Notes under the pieces: generated by a model
Told to the model about the DNA's origin: nothing
Database searches by the model: none
The model's input: only the letters and a program-made list of their open reading frames with translations
NCBI GenBank assembly: GCA_964016885.1
Contig: OZ024740.1
Span: 273,978,001 to 274,042,000, forward strand
Source: Eledone cirrhosa
Lineage: Eukaryota
Direction of reading: 5' to 3'
Length of the DNA stretch: 64,000 nt
Part shown: one piece after another, positions 14,142-26,674 of the stretch
Numbering within the stretch: the stretch's first letter is position 1
Layout of the letters: each line of letters starts with the position of its first letter
Position numbers and translations under genes: made by a program

Positions 14142-14923
14142 CCCCACGTGGGGTCAGCAATAGTCAGTCCTTGTATTAACATTGAACTAAACCCTGTTGA
14201 GAAAATATATTCCTTGTTCAATCATCTTACCAGAAGCCTGACATTATTTATGTAGGCAGACGGTACTTGATTTAGGAGCCGCAGAAACCCATATACTGGG
14301 TTTACCAACCTTCCAGGGGTCCGGGTAAATTTTCAATACCCGAATTTTTTTTTTTTGGCTATACGAATGATTGTTTAACCATCGTCTCAGTGTGTTTGGC
14401 CTTTAAGGTTTGTTATAGCTCTGGTTCATCTGAATCATTGATCACTTGCCGCACATCTCGGAGGTTGTTTTTCGTTATTTTGTGGGCCGAAATGCGAATC
14501 TCGATAATTTATGTTTATATATATATATATATATATAATTCAAGATGAACAGGACGAGCACAGAGGGAAAATAATTAACACATCCACGCATTCACACACA
14601 CACAAATATATATATGTGTGTGTGTGAGTGTAATGATATGATATAAGGCTAACCAACCAGGGATGTACAAACCACATTTTAGTCGGTCGGCTGTGTTGCA
14701 GATAAAACGAAGGGCTCAATGTATTATAAAAAGTGCAATTTTAGAGAAAATTTAAAAAAAAAGTGTTCGAAGTTGTGTAAAATTGTTTAATGATATTTAT
14801 AACATCTGACGTGGTCAAGTTAATGTATTGGGCTGGAAGAAATCTACCCAAGTCAAAAATGTTTCATGGGTATGAAAATAAACCCGAATCCATCTGCATA
14901 TAGCCTTCGTTCTACTTAATTCA

Positions 14924-15038
<115 letters not shown>

Positions 15039-15124
15039 GAAATGTGGTAAGGAACCAGATAGACCATAATACACCAAAGTACTCAATACTTAGGGTAGTA
15101 GAGTGGGTGGTAGGAACGAGTAGG

Positions 15125-15220
15125 ACCCCTACGGCTGAGCTCAAGCCGTTTCGACGGCTAATTCTGGACTAAATGAACATTTTTATCCTGGTACATGAAT
15201 AGCCGAGCTTCTCAGGTGGT
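15125..15220 (-). ncRNA. Variant type I hammerhead-like motif (family A); mirror copy at 18304-18399 (+)
   Basis: ACCAC CTGAGAA G[long stem II, CGGCTA/TAGCCG]C GAAA CGGCT-TGAGCTC-AGCCG TA GGGGT (TC instead of TA in the mirror copy); core deviates from CUGANGA. Confidence 0.6.
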
Positions 15221-16288
15221 AATTCCATATATGGTAAAAGTGATTGTCACAAGGATTGGTCAAAAGTTTGTTGTTGAGACACATAATTCTATCATGGCAT
15301 TTTGTGGAAGGAAGGGGTAGCTGAACTTGCCAGTAAAAGAAAGAGGGAGAGGGAGTGGAGGAAACCCAGTCGTGCGTTGATAGTGCCAACTACAAGCAGG
15401 ATCCTAAGGATAAGAGGTCAAGAAAGTATACTAGGGAGGGGAGGGGAGTAAGTCGAAACAATAAGTAAATCAATATGGAGTAAATATATAGAAGAATAAT
15501 AAGAATGTTAAAAATATTAAAGAACAATTTCTGGTTACCATTCCCCTACCACAATCATCAAGTCTCTCACTGGTACTGCCAAACTATAAAAAAGTTTAAT
15601 AGGTGGGACGGAATACTAAATACGAGATTGTAGTGAAAGAATTTCATGAGTTAGTAGTAATCGTCCAAATCTATCTTACAGTGACAGGTCAACAAGTAGG
15701 GGGCCAAAATACTAAAGAAATTACTACGAAATAATAATTCAGAGTCCCGAAACTAATACGAAATAATAATTCAGAATCCCGAAAAAGAATACTAATACGA
15801 TATATAAGGGTGCCGCTACGATACAAAAATTCTAATACAAACTACATAAATGCTCGTACGATATATATGAAAAATTTGATACGAAAAATTAATTCAGAAT
15901 CCTTCCCCCCAAAAACACTGATATACGAGAAACTAAAGCAGAGATACTGCTAAGAAATCTAGAAAGCACGGAAAAGGGGCAGCCATCGGATAAGAAAGCA
16001 AGTTTCTGGGGTCTATCACATCTCCTATAAAAAGCGGAGTCGGCCAATTCTATCAAAGAATAGTGGATGGGGGTGGGGGTATTGAGGCTACAAAGGACCG
16101 AAGGGCTGCCTCGGGGTAGGCGAGAAAGTGAAGAGGACGACGACAAAGAAGGAGAACTGGGGTGAAAGGGCTAGGAAGAGGTGGGAGAAGAAGGAAATAT
16201 AGAGGGAATGATAAAAAAATATATAAGAAAATCTTACGTCTACCTCTGCAAGCAGGGGTTACCCATTACAAAGTCGGCAAGTGGGGTG

Positions 16289-17400
16289 TTACAGCCCTTG
16301 TCTACCCCCCCCCCCCGGGGGGTTATTATGGGGTTTGAGGGCGAGGCAAGTCCTACGCAATCTGTGTTTGCATGCAGTTACCAGTTCGTCTTTCTTGTTT
16401 AGGAGTTGGTTCCTTGAAAACAGCATTTGTAATGTTTCCTCCGAGCATAAATTACACGGACGGCGTCCTCCCGTGTAAGAGTTGCCTCTGGACAGTAAGC
16501 TCCAAGTGAGATCATAGGTTATATTGTTATCTTTGAGGTCCCAGATGTGGCCCGAAAGTGTGGTGGCGTGACGCCGGGCCGGGTTTCGGAATGTATGTCT
16601 GTGTTGGTATAGCCGGGTCTTGAAGTCACAAGCGGTTAATCCTATATAAGCTTTGTTGGAGGTGTCCGTCCTCACGTTGCACTGGTAGATCACATTACGA
16701 TCTCTGCATCTGTTGTCGAGGGGGCAAATGGATTCATCAGGACAGTTGCACCTCCTGGTCGGCTCTCCACTGCTATTTAGGTTATTTCTTCAATAGGGGT
16801 TGATTTTGTTGTTGTTAGAGGAGACGATGTTTTGTGCAAAGTTAAGTGTGGTGCTGTAGGAGAGTTTGATGGTATTTTTGTTGATTATGTTGTGGTAGCG
16901 GTGTTGTAGTGGGAACTGCTTTTCGATGAGCCTAAAGAAGATTTTCCCGATAGGTGTTGTCACCTCGGCGTTGTGGGGAGGATTGAATAATGTTACGTTG
17001 CGTGAGCGGCAGTGTCGCCTGCTGGTTCCTTTAATGGAAGCTGGACAGTAGGATATTTCCTCCCGGAAGCCACTCCGCTTGAGGGCCTGGTTGTAATAAG
17101 ACGCATGTTCCTCGAATATCTGCTCATTAGCGGACAAACGAGATATGCGGAGGGAGATGTTTTTAACCAGGTTATTGGTGATGTTTCTATGATGGTTTGA
17201 CCGGCGGTGGATGTAGTGCATGTTGTCGTTGGGTTTCCTGTATGGGTAGTACAGGTCATTGTCGAGGTCAAGGATAACGTCCAGGAAGTTTACTCGGGTT
17301 AGGGACGTTTGTAGGGTTATTTTAAATCCCCAGTCGCGGAAGAAGCTGATTAATTGTTTACGGACCCGGTCTGTGCTTCTGGGGTTGTACCGTTTAATGG
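16289..17400 (-). pseudogene. PLE RT C-terminus/thumb plus GIY-YIG endonuclease (one frame with a single in-frame TGA at 16790-16792)
   Basis: VNFLDVILDL, YYPYRKPND, SNH, KLSYS, CNC..CPL..C, VIYQC..AYIGLT, FKTRLYQH, CNLCSEE, LNKKDELVTACKH. Confidence 0.92.
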
Positions 17401-18429
17401 TCCTTACCCTTAAAGGTCCTTTGTAGCCTCAGTACCCCCACCCCATCCCCTAATCTATGATAGAATTGGCCGACTCCGCTTTTTATAGGAGATGTGATAG
17501 ACCCCAGATACTTGCTTTCTTATCCGATAGCTGCCCCTTTTCCGTGCTTTCTAGATTTCTTAGTGGTATCTCTGCTTTAGTTTCTCGTATATCAGTATTT
17601 TTTTTTTTGGGGGGGGGGGGGTGATTCTTAATTAATTTTTAGTATCAAATTTTTCATATATATCGTACGAGCATTTATGTAGTTTGTATTAGAATTTTGG
17701 TATCGTAGCGGCACCCTTATATATCCTATTAGTATTCTTTTTCGGGAATCTGAATTATTATTTCGTATTAGTTTCGAGACTCTGAATTATTATTTCGTAG
17801 TAATTTTTTTAGTATTTTGGCCCCCTACTTGTTGACCTTTCACTGTAAGATAGATTTGGACGATTACTACTAACTCATAACATTCTTTCACTACAATCTC
17901 GTATTTAGTATTCCATCTCAGCTATTAAACTTTTCTATAGTTTGGCAGTACCAGTGAGAGACTTGATGATTGTGGTAGGGGAATGGTAACCAGAAATTGT
18001 TCTTTAATATTTTTAACATTCTTATTATTCTTCTATATATTTACTCCATATTGATTTACTTATTGTTTCGACTTCCTCCCCTCCCCTCCCTAGTATACTT
18101 TCTTGACCTCTTATCCTTAGGATCCTGCTTGTAGTTGGCACTATGAACGCACGACTGGGTTTACTCCACTCTCTCTCCCTCTTTCTTCTACTGGCAAGTT
18201 CAGCTACCCCTCCCTTCCACAAAATGCCATGATAGAATTATGTGTCTAAACAACAAACTTTTGACCAATCCTTGTGACAATCACTTTTACCATATATGGA
18301 ATTACCGCCCGAGAAGCTCGGCTATTCATGTACCAGGATAAAAATGTTCATTTAGTCCAGAATTATCCGTCGAAACGGCTTGAGCTCAGCCGTCGGGGTC
18401 TTACTCGTTCCTATATATATATATATATA

Positions 18430-18880
18430 TTCTGTCATTATAGCAGCAGAGGTCTGACGAGCTTTTGATTCCAGAGTCGGGCCAGATTGATACATATGGA
18501 ACCTTGAGCTGATCAATAGCGAAACGAGCGTCACCAATTAATAAACGTACTGAAGGCGTAACAAATCGTCCTTGTATTAATATATTTACACTCTGTTTAG
18601 CTCTACAGCTCGTTACAGACGGGATCCTCTTAAACAGTTTCAGAAGATCCCGTTAAGGGTGAAAGCAGCGATTATTTGCTTAAAGTTTAATCTGTTATTT
18701 TAATAAATATTATATATATATATATATATATACCCAGGTAGTGTAACGTGAAGTTACTGTAGGTTCACCCGGGTGAGCACTCGATGTTTAGGTTCACGTC
18801 TGTAACGAGCTGTAGATCTAAACAGAATGTAAATATAATAACACAAGGACGATTTGTTACGCCTTTTAATAAATATTTGC
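18430..18880. mobile_element. PLE 3'-end remnants (family C) in both orientations around a TA tract
   Basis: Similar to 36270-36482; HHR followed by AATAAA; reverse-complement terminus at 18733-18870. Confidence 0.7.
18451..18535 (+). ncRNA. Type I hammerhead ribozyme with extended stem II
   Basis: GGT CTGACGA GCT.TTGATT...GATCAA.AGC GAAA CGAGCG TC ACC, then AATAAA. Confidence 0.8.
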
Positions 18881-18984
18881 TCTACGGTTTTATATATTTT
18901 ATATATATATTATCCTTATCGAGCCCTCTTCGGATTTTAGACTTCCCGTTTATTATTACTATATATATATATATATAATATATA

Positions 18985-19565
18985 GTTAGAGAAGCAAAAA
19001 ATTGCTTATTGTGATCCAGTTTTTGGTTAAGAAAGCCAGTTTCATGGATGGTTTCAACGTACGGTTAAGTTTGTAAGAATTCCGTTCAATCTTGGAGTAT
19101 AAAGTATAAAAGAGAAAACACAGGTAAGCATTAAGAGAAGGATTTTATCCAGGTATTTACGACCGTTTCATTGGTAAGTGCAACCTTATATTGCTATACT
19201 GCAAATAGCAGCCACTCAATTATAATTGTTGTTCACAGTCCAAATTTTCAAAATAGTGAGTTACTCTTGAAATAATTCTTAATATATAGAGAAAAACATT
19301 TATTTGGAATTGTATTTACTAGTATAGAGAGAGAGGAATCAGGAGGTGAGGGGACAGACGGCATAGTATAGAGAGAGAGAAAGGGGGAAGAGGTAGGAAG
19401 TAGAATGACAAACTGAGATGGAGGGAGGGGTAGAGGTGGAAGGATTCTTTGGTCAGTTTTGATAGCAGACATCATGTCGTGGAGTTTAGTGAGTTAAAGA
19501 GAATTAAATAGATAATAGTGGGAAGGATGGATAGAGAGGGAGAGAGGGGGGGGGGATATAAAGAG

Positions 19566-19619
<54 letters not shown>

Positions 19620-19812
19620 ATACATATACATATATATATATATAAAAAAATAAAAATAAAGATAATAATGACAAAAATAAAAGCAAAGAAGGTGGTGAGA
19701 AAGAAGAAAAGAAAAGATAGCCAATATAAGGTTGCACTTACCAATGAAACGGTCGTAAATACCTGGATAAAATCCTTCTCTTAATGCTTACCTGTGTTTT
19801 CTCTTTTATACT
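18985..19812. mobile_element. Fold-back PLE end (family D): 91-bp perfect inverted repeat 19103-19193 / 19722-19812 with about 118-nt tail
   Basis: Exact reverse-complement match; arm contains the HHR 3' half GAAACGGTC; TA-flanked. Confidence 0.75.
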
Positions 19813-19848
19813 ATATAATATATATACAGGTTCCATACATGAACAGAT

Positions 19849-20670
19849 TTGAACATGCGCAGACAGCTTGGAATTGGAATCATGACTGGCGGGTATAAAA
19901 TCAATCGGCTGGAATTTGCAGACAACATGGTGTTACTTAACTCGGCAGAACTTGATCTACTTGTACTCGATAAGTTTGATGCCATCTGTTGCACGGCTGG
20001 AATTAAGATCAGTGTTACGAAAACTGAGATACTCGTGCTCTCAAGGAAGCCTGTGCAGTACACTTCACGTGTGAATGGAATTCCACTGAACCAGGTAGTA
20101 AAATTCAGATATTTCGGGGACGTGTTCAAGAGTGATGGAAGGCTGGATGCTGGATTAAGTGCAGTAATGCATAAGCTTCAGCATTCAGTAATCCGAAGAG
20201 GGTGGTAGGCAGAAAATCCGAACTCGCTGTCTTCAATTCGGTATTTGAGCTATCCCTTATATATGGTCACGAATCTTGGGTAATGACCGAATGAATACGA
20301 TCGGAAAAAGAAGGGGCTGAAATGGTGTTCCTTCGAAGGGTCTTCGGAGTAACGTTATTCAGACAGTCACTCCATATAGAGCCGCCATTTTTCCGAATTG
20401 AGAGATCACAGCTCCGATACTATATGAATGGGTTTAGAATGTCTCCAGAAATAATCGCTAGACAGATTTTACGAAGAAAATCTACCGGCCCCTGAGATCC
20501 CGGAGTAGACTCAGAGCAAGATGGTTGGATAACATCCATGATCGTGGGTGGTTTCGCTTGGAGATTGACCCGGACCATTTGGAAATGATTGCTTCTAACA
20601 GGACCTGTTGGAAGGAGTGTATGAAGAATCTGCTCACACGACCTTCTCAGGAATAAGTGAGCGAAGAAGA
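19849..20670 (+). mobile_element. 5'-truncated RTE-clade LINE
   Basis: RLEFADNMVLL, GIKISVTKTE, FRYFGDVF, LIYGHESWVMT, EMVFLRRVFGVT; stops and frameshifts present. Confidence 0.88.
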
Positions 20671-21009
20671 TATATATAAAAGAGCAGATGCCAATATTTC
20701 CAATTTTAGTTCCATATAGGAGATCATATACAAATCAAATCAATCGAGCAAAATGAATCTGCAACCATTACCATCGAGTTATTAGCCATATATCTCCATC
20801 TTGGAACATACGTTGACTGAGCTTTTCTTACATGAATAGTACTTGTTAACAAATTAAATCTAACAGTGATCAAAGCAAATGCTATAATTGATTATACTTG
20901 TTGCGTGAGTGAGTTTGAACGTGTATGTATATTAATTTTTTTATTTATCCGTGCAATTCGAATGGATCGTTTCACGTCCCGAAAGACGTCTGCCACTTCA
21001 GCTTGCATT

Positions 21010-21400
21010 GTGAATTGGCAGTATCGGTAGAGGGTCGGATATGCTTTCCAACATAGTTACGTCCCTTTACGATCTGAGTTCAAATACCGCCGAGGTTAAC
21101 TTTGCCTTTCATCCATACAGAGGTCGATAAAATAAAGTACCAGTAGTGTACTGGGTATTTGCTGGCCTTGTGCCAAAAGTAGAAACAATTATTAATGTAT
21201 TTAGTGGCGGTGAATTGGCAGTATTGGGAGAGGGTCGGACGCCATGCTTTGACGTATAGAGTTACGGCCCTTGCCATTCTGAGTTCAAATCCCGCCGAGG
21301 TTAACTTTGCCTTTCATCCTTACGGGGTCGATAAAATAAAGTACCAGTAATGCACTGGGTAATTGATGGCCTTGTGGCTAACGTAGAAACAATTATTAAT
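21010..21400 (+). mobile_element. Two tandem OK/OR-like SINEs
   Basis: Two copies of head GAATTGGCAGTAT.GG.AGAG, B-box and body. Confidence 0.88.
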
Positions 21401-21659
21401 GTATTTAACACATTTGAAATGTTAGGCGTATTACTTAACCCATTAATCGATATTGCTCGACAGTACTCAACGTTTCTCTTCAAAGACGATCCTACAATTT
21501 TTCTTATTTATCATTCTTTACTTGTTATTCTTTCTCATAGAGTTTAATAAGAAACCTCAGATACTTTCTCTTCATATTCGGCGTAAATATTTGCGCAATG
21601 TAGACATTGTTCACTTTTCTGCGCATATATTTTGTTAACCACATGTTTCGCAACCTTAC

Positions 21660-21719
<60 letters not shown>

Positions 21720-23032
21720 TTATATATATATATATATATACATATATGTGTGTGTGTGTGAGTCCAGTAAGGTACTCCCGATTTGGATTTTAGTCTAATA
21801 TAGAAATGGCTGCTACATGACTAGAACTGTTTTATTCGAAGGAAATCATCAGGAAGGACCTTTTGAATGTATTAAGTCGTTTTTACGTCAACCTAAGAAG
21901 GTATCAGCGATAAAATCTCTATGTAGGTTACGAATGTCGATTCCATAAAAAAAATTCCATACGGAAAAATGAAAATTTCACCACCGTTTCCTTTCGATTG
22001 AAATATGTGATCAACAACGAAGACAGACATTCTAACGAGGCTAGGTATGTAGACTTGTACATATATACACCGAAGTATTTTAAATGAAACTATGATTACA
22101 GAAATTGTGTGGACGACTATCGAATGAAATTGAGTCTCTAAATCAAAGGCCAGAATTTGGTGTTCACCCCTCGGAAACTGTGCTAAGGGTACACGTATCT
22201 GTAAAATAATCAACTATTTACATGTCAATTGAACAAGCTGGAATTAATTTGATCATATGGTTGAATGTACATCGTCTAAGCGGAAGAAGTATTCATAACA
22301 TTTATCAATCGAAAGCGTACATGAGCAAATAATTTGTGTTGCGTAAATTCAAATATATGTGTGGCTTAGGGTTAGGGATAGGTTTTGGGTAGGTAAGTGT
22401 GTGTATGCATATATATATACGTTTATATACATATGTTTATGTGAAGGTTCGTTGATATATATATATGTGAGTGTGTGTGTGTATGTGCGTGCGTGTAAAT
22501 GTGTATGTGTACATGGTTGTATATATATGTATGCGAGCGCATATATTACTGCAAGCCCGAAAGAAGGAACGAGAGTGAAAGAGAATTGTGTGTAAATAAT
22601 TAAATGCTTTTAAAAAAATATAAGCTAAATATAAGACAAAGTATAAAATATTTGTTAAGAATAAACAAAAACAATTTGTTTTAAAATATCAAATATCAGA
22701 AAAAAACACTAGAGAATAAACCTATTAGAAAACTTGTAAAAAAATTTTAAGAAACGAAATACAATTGAATATATTTTAATTTATTTACAATGAAGAATTA
22801 AACTGGCGGTGAAAACAACATGCACCTGGACACACCGACACGAGTACACACACATAGTTAAACACAGAAACCCATTAACACATACATGCATATGTATGTA
22901 TATATGTATGCATGTATGTGTATATATATACATTTTTCTCTCTATATATAATATAATATAAATATACTATCAATTATATATATATATATATATATATATA
23001 CTATAAATTATATATATATATATATATATACA

Positions 23033-23097
<65 letters not shown>

Positions 23098-23235
23098 GGT
23101 GTATGTATGTATATATGTACATATATATATGTGTGTGTGTGCGTGTGTGTGAATGAATGAATGTGGGTGTGTATGTATATATATAGATAGAGAGACAGAG
23201 TGATGTATATGTATAGAAATATGTGTATATATATT

Positions 23236-23267
<32 letters not shown>

Positions 23268-23593
23268 AATGAATGAATGTGTGTGTTCATATAATTGCAT
23301 ACATAGATATAAAATATGCACAGATATAAAAATGCGTAGCGTATGTTGGCAGAAATAGAGAATTAAAAATAAAAAAAAATAATTTTGTTTTTCCATCAAA
23401 GAATTTATCTTCACACATATCAACTGGTCTGTGAGTTTGGTGTCTTAAAATATTTTGTTTTTGTTTTTGATTTACCTTCATATGTATTACCTTGAAGTCA
23501 TTATTCTCACCTGGTATCTAATTTACCAAAAACTCTTCATTGTGATTTGCTGCTTATATGCCTTTACACATTTCATTTTCGCAAATTCGTATA

Positions 23594-23604
23594 TAATAAT
23601 AATG

Positions 23605-23672
<68 letters not shown>
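23594..23672. repeat. (AAT)n microsatellite
   Basis: Direct observation. Confidence 0.95.
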
Positions 23673-23673
<1 letters not shown>

Positions 23674-24018
23674 TTGAATGCTGCAGCATTTAAGACGTTA
23701 GTATGAAAATTATGTTAGTAGTTTCAGCCTGCAAAAATTCTTTAAAGTGTAATCCATTTGTTTTGTTGTAGGGTGCATTGGGAATTGGCAATTAATAATG
23801 CAAAGCTTGTACAGTGTATGAATAATTGCAAACACATTTTATATAAGCATGAATGTAACGTATGTATAAGCAGAAATACACACACATTTATATATATGTA
23901 TAAATCTACACAAACATGTAGCTATACAAATATATAACTACACAAACGCATTCGAAATCTGCATGCATGTGTGCATGAAGAAATATGCATGTTTGAATCG
24001 GTATGATTCTCTGTGTGC

Positions 24019-24058
<40 letters not shown>

Positions 24059-24257
24059 CGGCGATGAAATAGTTTTACGAGGTTTTTTATATGAAATCGA
24101 TATAAAAGACATAGAAGCGAAAAGCGAAAACCAACCAAACAGTGAGTGTGTTCTGTTATTAATTCTGTTATTAATTCTGTTATTTATTCGGGAGAATATA
24201 TATATATATATATATATATTATTATTATTATGTAATAAACAACATAAGGCAATTATT

Positions 24258-24313
24258 CCATTTACCAGTGGTTTCTTAAAAGCAAAAGGTTTTGCTTTCA
24301 ATCCTCAGAACGG
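24258..24313 (-). ncRNA. Type I hammerhead ribozyme (mirror copy)
   Basis: Exact reverse complement of 24345-24400. Confidence 0.88.
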
Positions 24314-24344
24314 GAAAAAGCTGGTTTCTGTAACCAGCTTTTTC

Positions 24345-24400
24345 CCGTTCTGAGGATTGAAAGCAAAACCTTTTGCTTTTAAGAAACCACTGGTAAATGG
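24345..24400 (+). ncRNA. Type I hammerhead ribozyme
   Basis: CCGTT CTGAGGA TTGAAAGCAAAA-CC-TTTTGCTTTTAA GAAA CCACTGG TA AATGG. Confidence 0.88.
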
Positions 24401-24504
24401 AATAATTGCCTTATGTTGTTTATTACATAATAATAATAATTAAGCTCTGTTGCATACATAGAGCACTCTTTTTTCCTGGACTTTTCCGATGGAATTACTT
24501 CATT

Positions 24505-24562
<58 letters not shown>

Positions 24563-24675
24563 GGAGGTGAGTTTTATTGTAGTACAATAAAGCAATTGTA
24601 GTACAATAAAGGATATGTTGATTTAAAACTGAACTATCCACAAGTGTTTTTTAAACTTCATATCATGTCTTCATG

Positions 24676-24742
24676 TTTTATCTGATGAAAACACAAATAT
24701 TATTGCATGATGATATTTGTTTTTGAAATGCGCATAATAAAA
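24676..24742 (+). ncRNA. Type I hammerhead ribozyme (family E) within PLE remnant 24560-24780
   Basis: TTTTAT CTGATGA [ACAAATATTA/TGATATTTGT stem] GAAA TGCGCA TA ATAAAA; palindromic stem III. Confidence 0.85.
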
Positions 24743-24775
24743 TACATGGAACTCTTTTAACCATCTTTTGTTCTC

Positions 24776-24821
<46 letters not shown>

Positions 24822-24832
24822 TATATATATGT

Positions 24833-25330
24833 CTAGCGCGGCTAAAATTACCGAGATCCATGGAGGAGTTCTCTCCAGCGGCCTCTGTCCTTCATTATCG
24901 CTGCCATGTCCTGCCTCTCCAAGAGACTAGTGTCTGTCCTTAGGGCATCAACATATGTTAACCACGGTCTTCCTCTTCCAGTCTGTCCATGCAGGGTTCC
25001 TACAGGAGCACTGAGTGCAGTGTCAAATCTGGAAGTCGGTGAGCATGCCCAGCTAACCTCAGTCTCCTCTGTGCTTCTCTCGAGCTGAGTTTTGGGAGGC
25101 TCCCTTACAGCTCTGAGTTCTTCATCTACAGTGTATACTGATTAATGTTCAGAGCCATCCTCAGCATTCTCGTGTAGCATCTATCCACCATCTCAGTGAG
25201 TTTCTTGGTCAGTGTCCAAGTCTCAGACCTGTACAGTAGCACAGACTACACTGTAGCAACGAAGAGACGGATTTTCAGGTCTCTGCGAAGGTCCGACTTC
25301 CACACCGATCTCAAACTGATCAAACTAACA
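24833..25330 (-). mobile_element. RTE-clade LINE 3' fragment
   Basis: Minus-strand RLFVATV.SVLLY.SETWTLTKKL..MVD.CYTRMLRMALNI and GRGRPWLTYVDALRTDT. Confidence 0.85.
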
Positions 25331-25672
25331 TATTTAGAGTCAATAGAAAATACCCTTTTTCCATTTCTAATTACCTCATGTACTTTCTCCTCCGCTATAT
25401 ATATATATATATATATTGTACGCCCTTTGTGTTTGTGTAGCCTCTGCGCACCCTCTGCACCATACTATCGACGCCACCCCATCTATGGTTCAGCTAACCA
25501 CCCGAATCCCGGGAATGAATATGACCGCAGCTAGTAAACAAGGACCCACACCCCACCCTCCCGCACCAAAATTAGACTTATCGTCCCCTACTTTTGCTCT
25601 TTACTCTCTTTACTCTTTGTTCTTGAATGTTTGGTTGGTAGAGTCCATAACACCAATCAAACCCCTTTTATA

Positions 25673-25717
25673 GCTCTGACGAATCCTACGGTTACGTAAG
25701 GAAGAAACATTGTAAGC
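25673..25717 (+). ncRNA. Minimal type I hammerhead in PLE 3' remnant (25417-25762)
   Basis: GCT CTGACGA [TCCTACG-GTTA-CGTAAGGA] GAAA CATTG TA AGC then AATAAA; upstream QLTTRIPGMN resembles a GIY-YIG C-terminus. Confidence 0.7.
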
Positions 25718-25784
25718 CAATAAAAATCTTTTGATGTTGTAGACGCTCTTGTGTTCTTTTTCATATATATATATATGTATGTAG

Positions 25785-25820
<36 letters not shown>

Positions 25821-25879
25821 GTGTATATATACATGTATATATATATACATATACACATGTGTTTTTTTGTTATTAATGG

Positions 25880-26118
25880 TTTTTAACCAGAGCTTTGTGT
25901 CGAGTACAGGTAATCCCCAGTCACTGAATAGGTCACAGAATGTGTGACGAAAGAACTTTGACAATATATGAACAACTGTCCGGTTATCGAACCAACCAAC
26001 CAACTCGAAATTTATAAATTCTTAAATTTATAAATTTAATTGATAATAAATTCGAGTGAACACGGCTGGTGCGTGTGTTTCTTATTGGCAACATGACCCT
26101 CCCAAAGCATAACAATAT
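25880..26118 (+). mobile_element. PLE family B 3' end with mutated HHR (25920-25962)
   Basis: GTCA CTGAATA G GTCACA..TGTGAC GAAA GAAC TT TGAC; ends at ATAACAAT|AT like 27920. Confidence 0.8.
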
Positions 26119-26417
26119 ATATCTATATATATATATATATATATACAATTGATATTAAATAAATGGAAACTATATATATAAAACAATATTTATATTTCGT
26201 TTCTGAATTTGTTTAGCAAGATTCTTTATCTGAAATCGTGTCTTGAAACCGATATTGTTATACTTTGGGAGGGTCATGTTGCCAATAAGAAACACACGCA
26301 CCAGTTGCTTTCACTTCAATTTATTACATATTTATAAATTTATAAATTTACTAATCTACAAACTTATAAATTTCTGGTTGGTTGGTTGGTTCCACAACCA
26401 GATAGTTGTTTATATAT

Positions 26418-26462
26418 AGTCATAGTCCTTTCGTCACACACTCTGTGACCTCTTCAGTGACT
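26418..26462 (-). ncRNA. Minimal type I hammerhead ribozyme (mirror copy)
   Basis: Reverse complement of 27712-27756. Confidence 0.85.
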
Positions 26463-26674
26463 GGGGATTCCTTTCTTTGTTTCTGTGCCTTTCCTTTCTT
26501 CTATCCTACGCCATTTTGTTTCTGTGTGTGTGTTGTGTGCTCAGTTTGCGCATGCGCCACATCCGGGTGTCTGTGTGTGTTTGTGTTCATTTATCTATTT
26601 GTTTATTTATTTATTTATTCACATGTTGTTGGTTGGTTGTTTGTTCTATGTGCGTGTGTGTTTTCATCTTGTCC

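Larger units (their letters stand above)
24218..24509. mobile_element. Mini fold-back element (family G): perfect 109-bp palindrome plus about 68-nt tail, in (TA)n
   Basis: Arms 24218-24326 / 24332-24440, loop TCTGT. Confidence 0.9.

Noticed and set aside
17956-18005. TTGATGA..TGGT/ACCA..GAAA second HHR in the family A UTR
   Set aside because: No stem I or stem III pairing; the core is imperfect
18228-18265. Possible SECIS (ATGA..AAA..TGA)
   Set aside because: Weak upper stem, no lower stem, and the AAA is not conserved in the mirror arm
21893-22213. 106-aa ORF with an AG acceptor
   Set aside because: Its start overlaps what looks like a decayed SINE tail (TAAGGGTACACGT.TCTGT); no recognisable motifs
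24058-24110. GCGATGA..GAAATCGATA hammerhead-like motif
   Set aside because: Core is mutated and stem I is absent; cannot be supported
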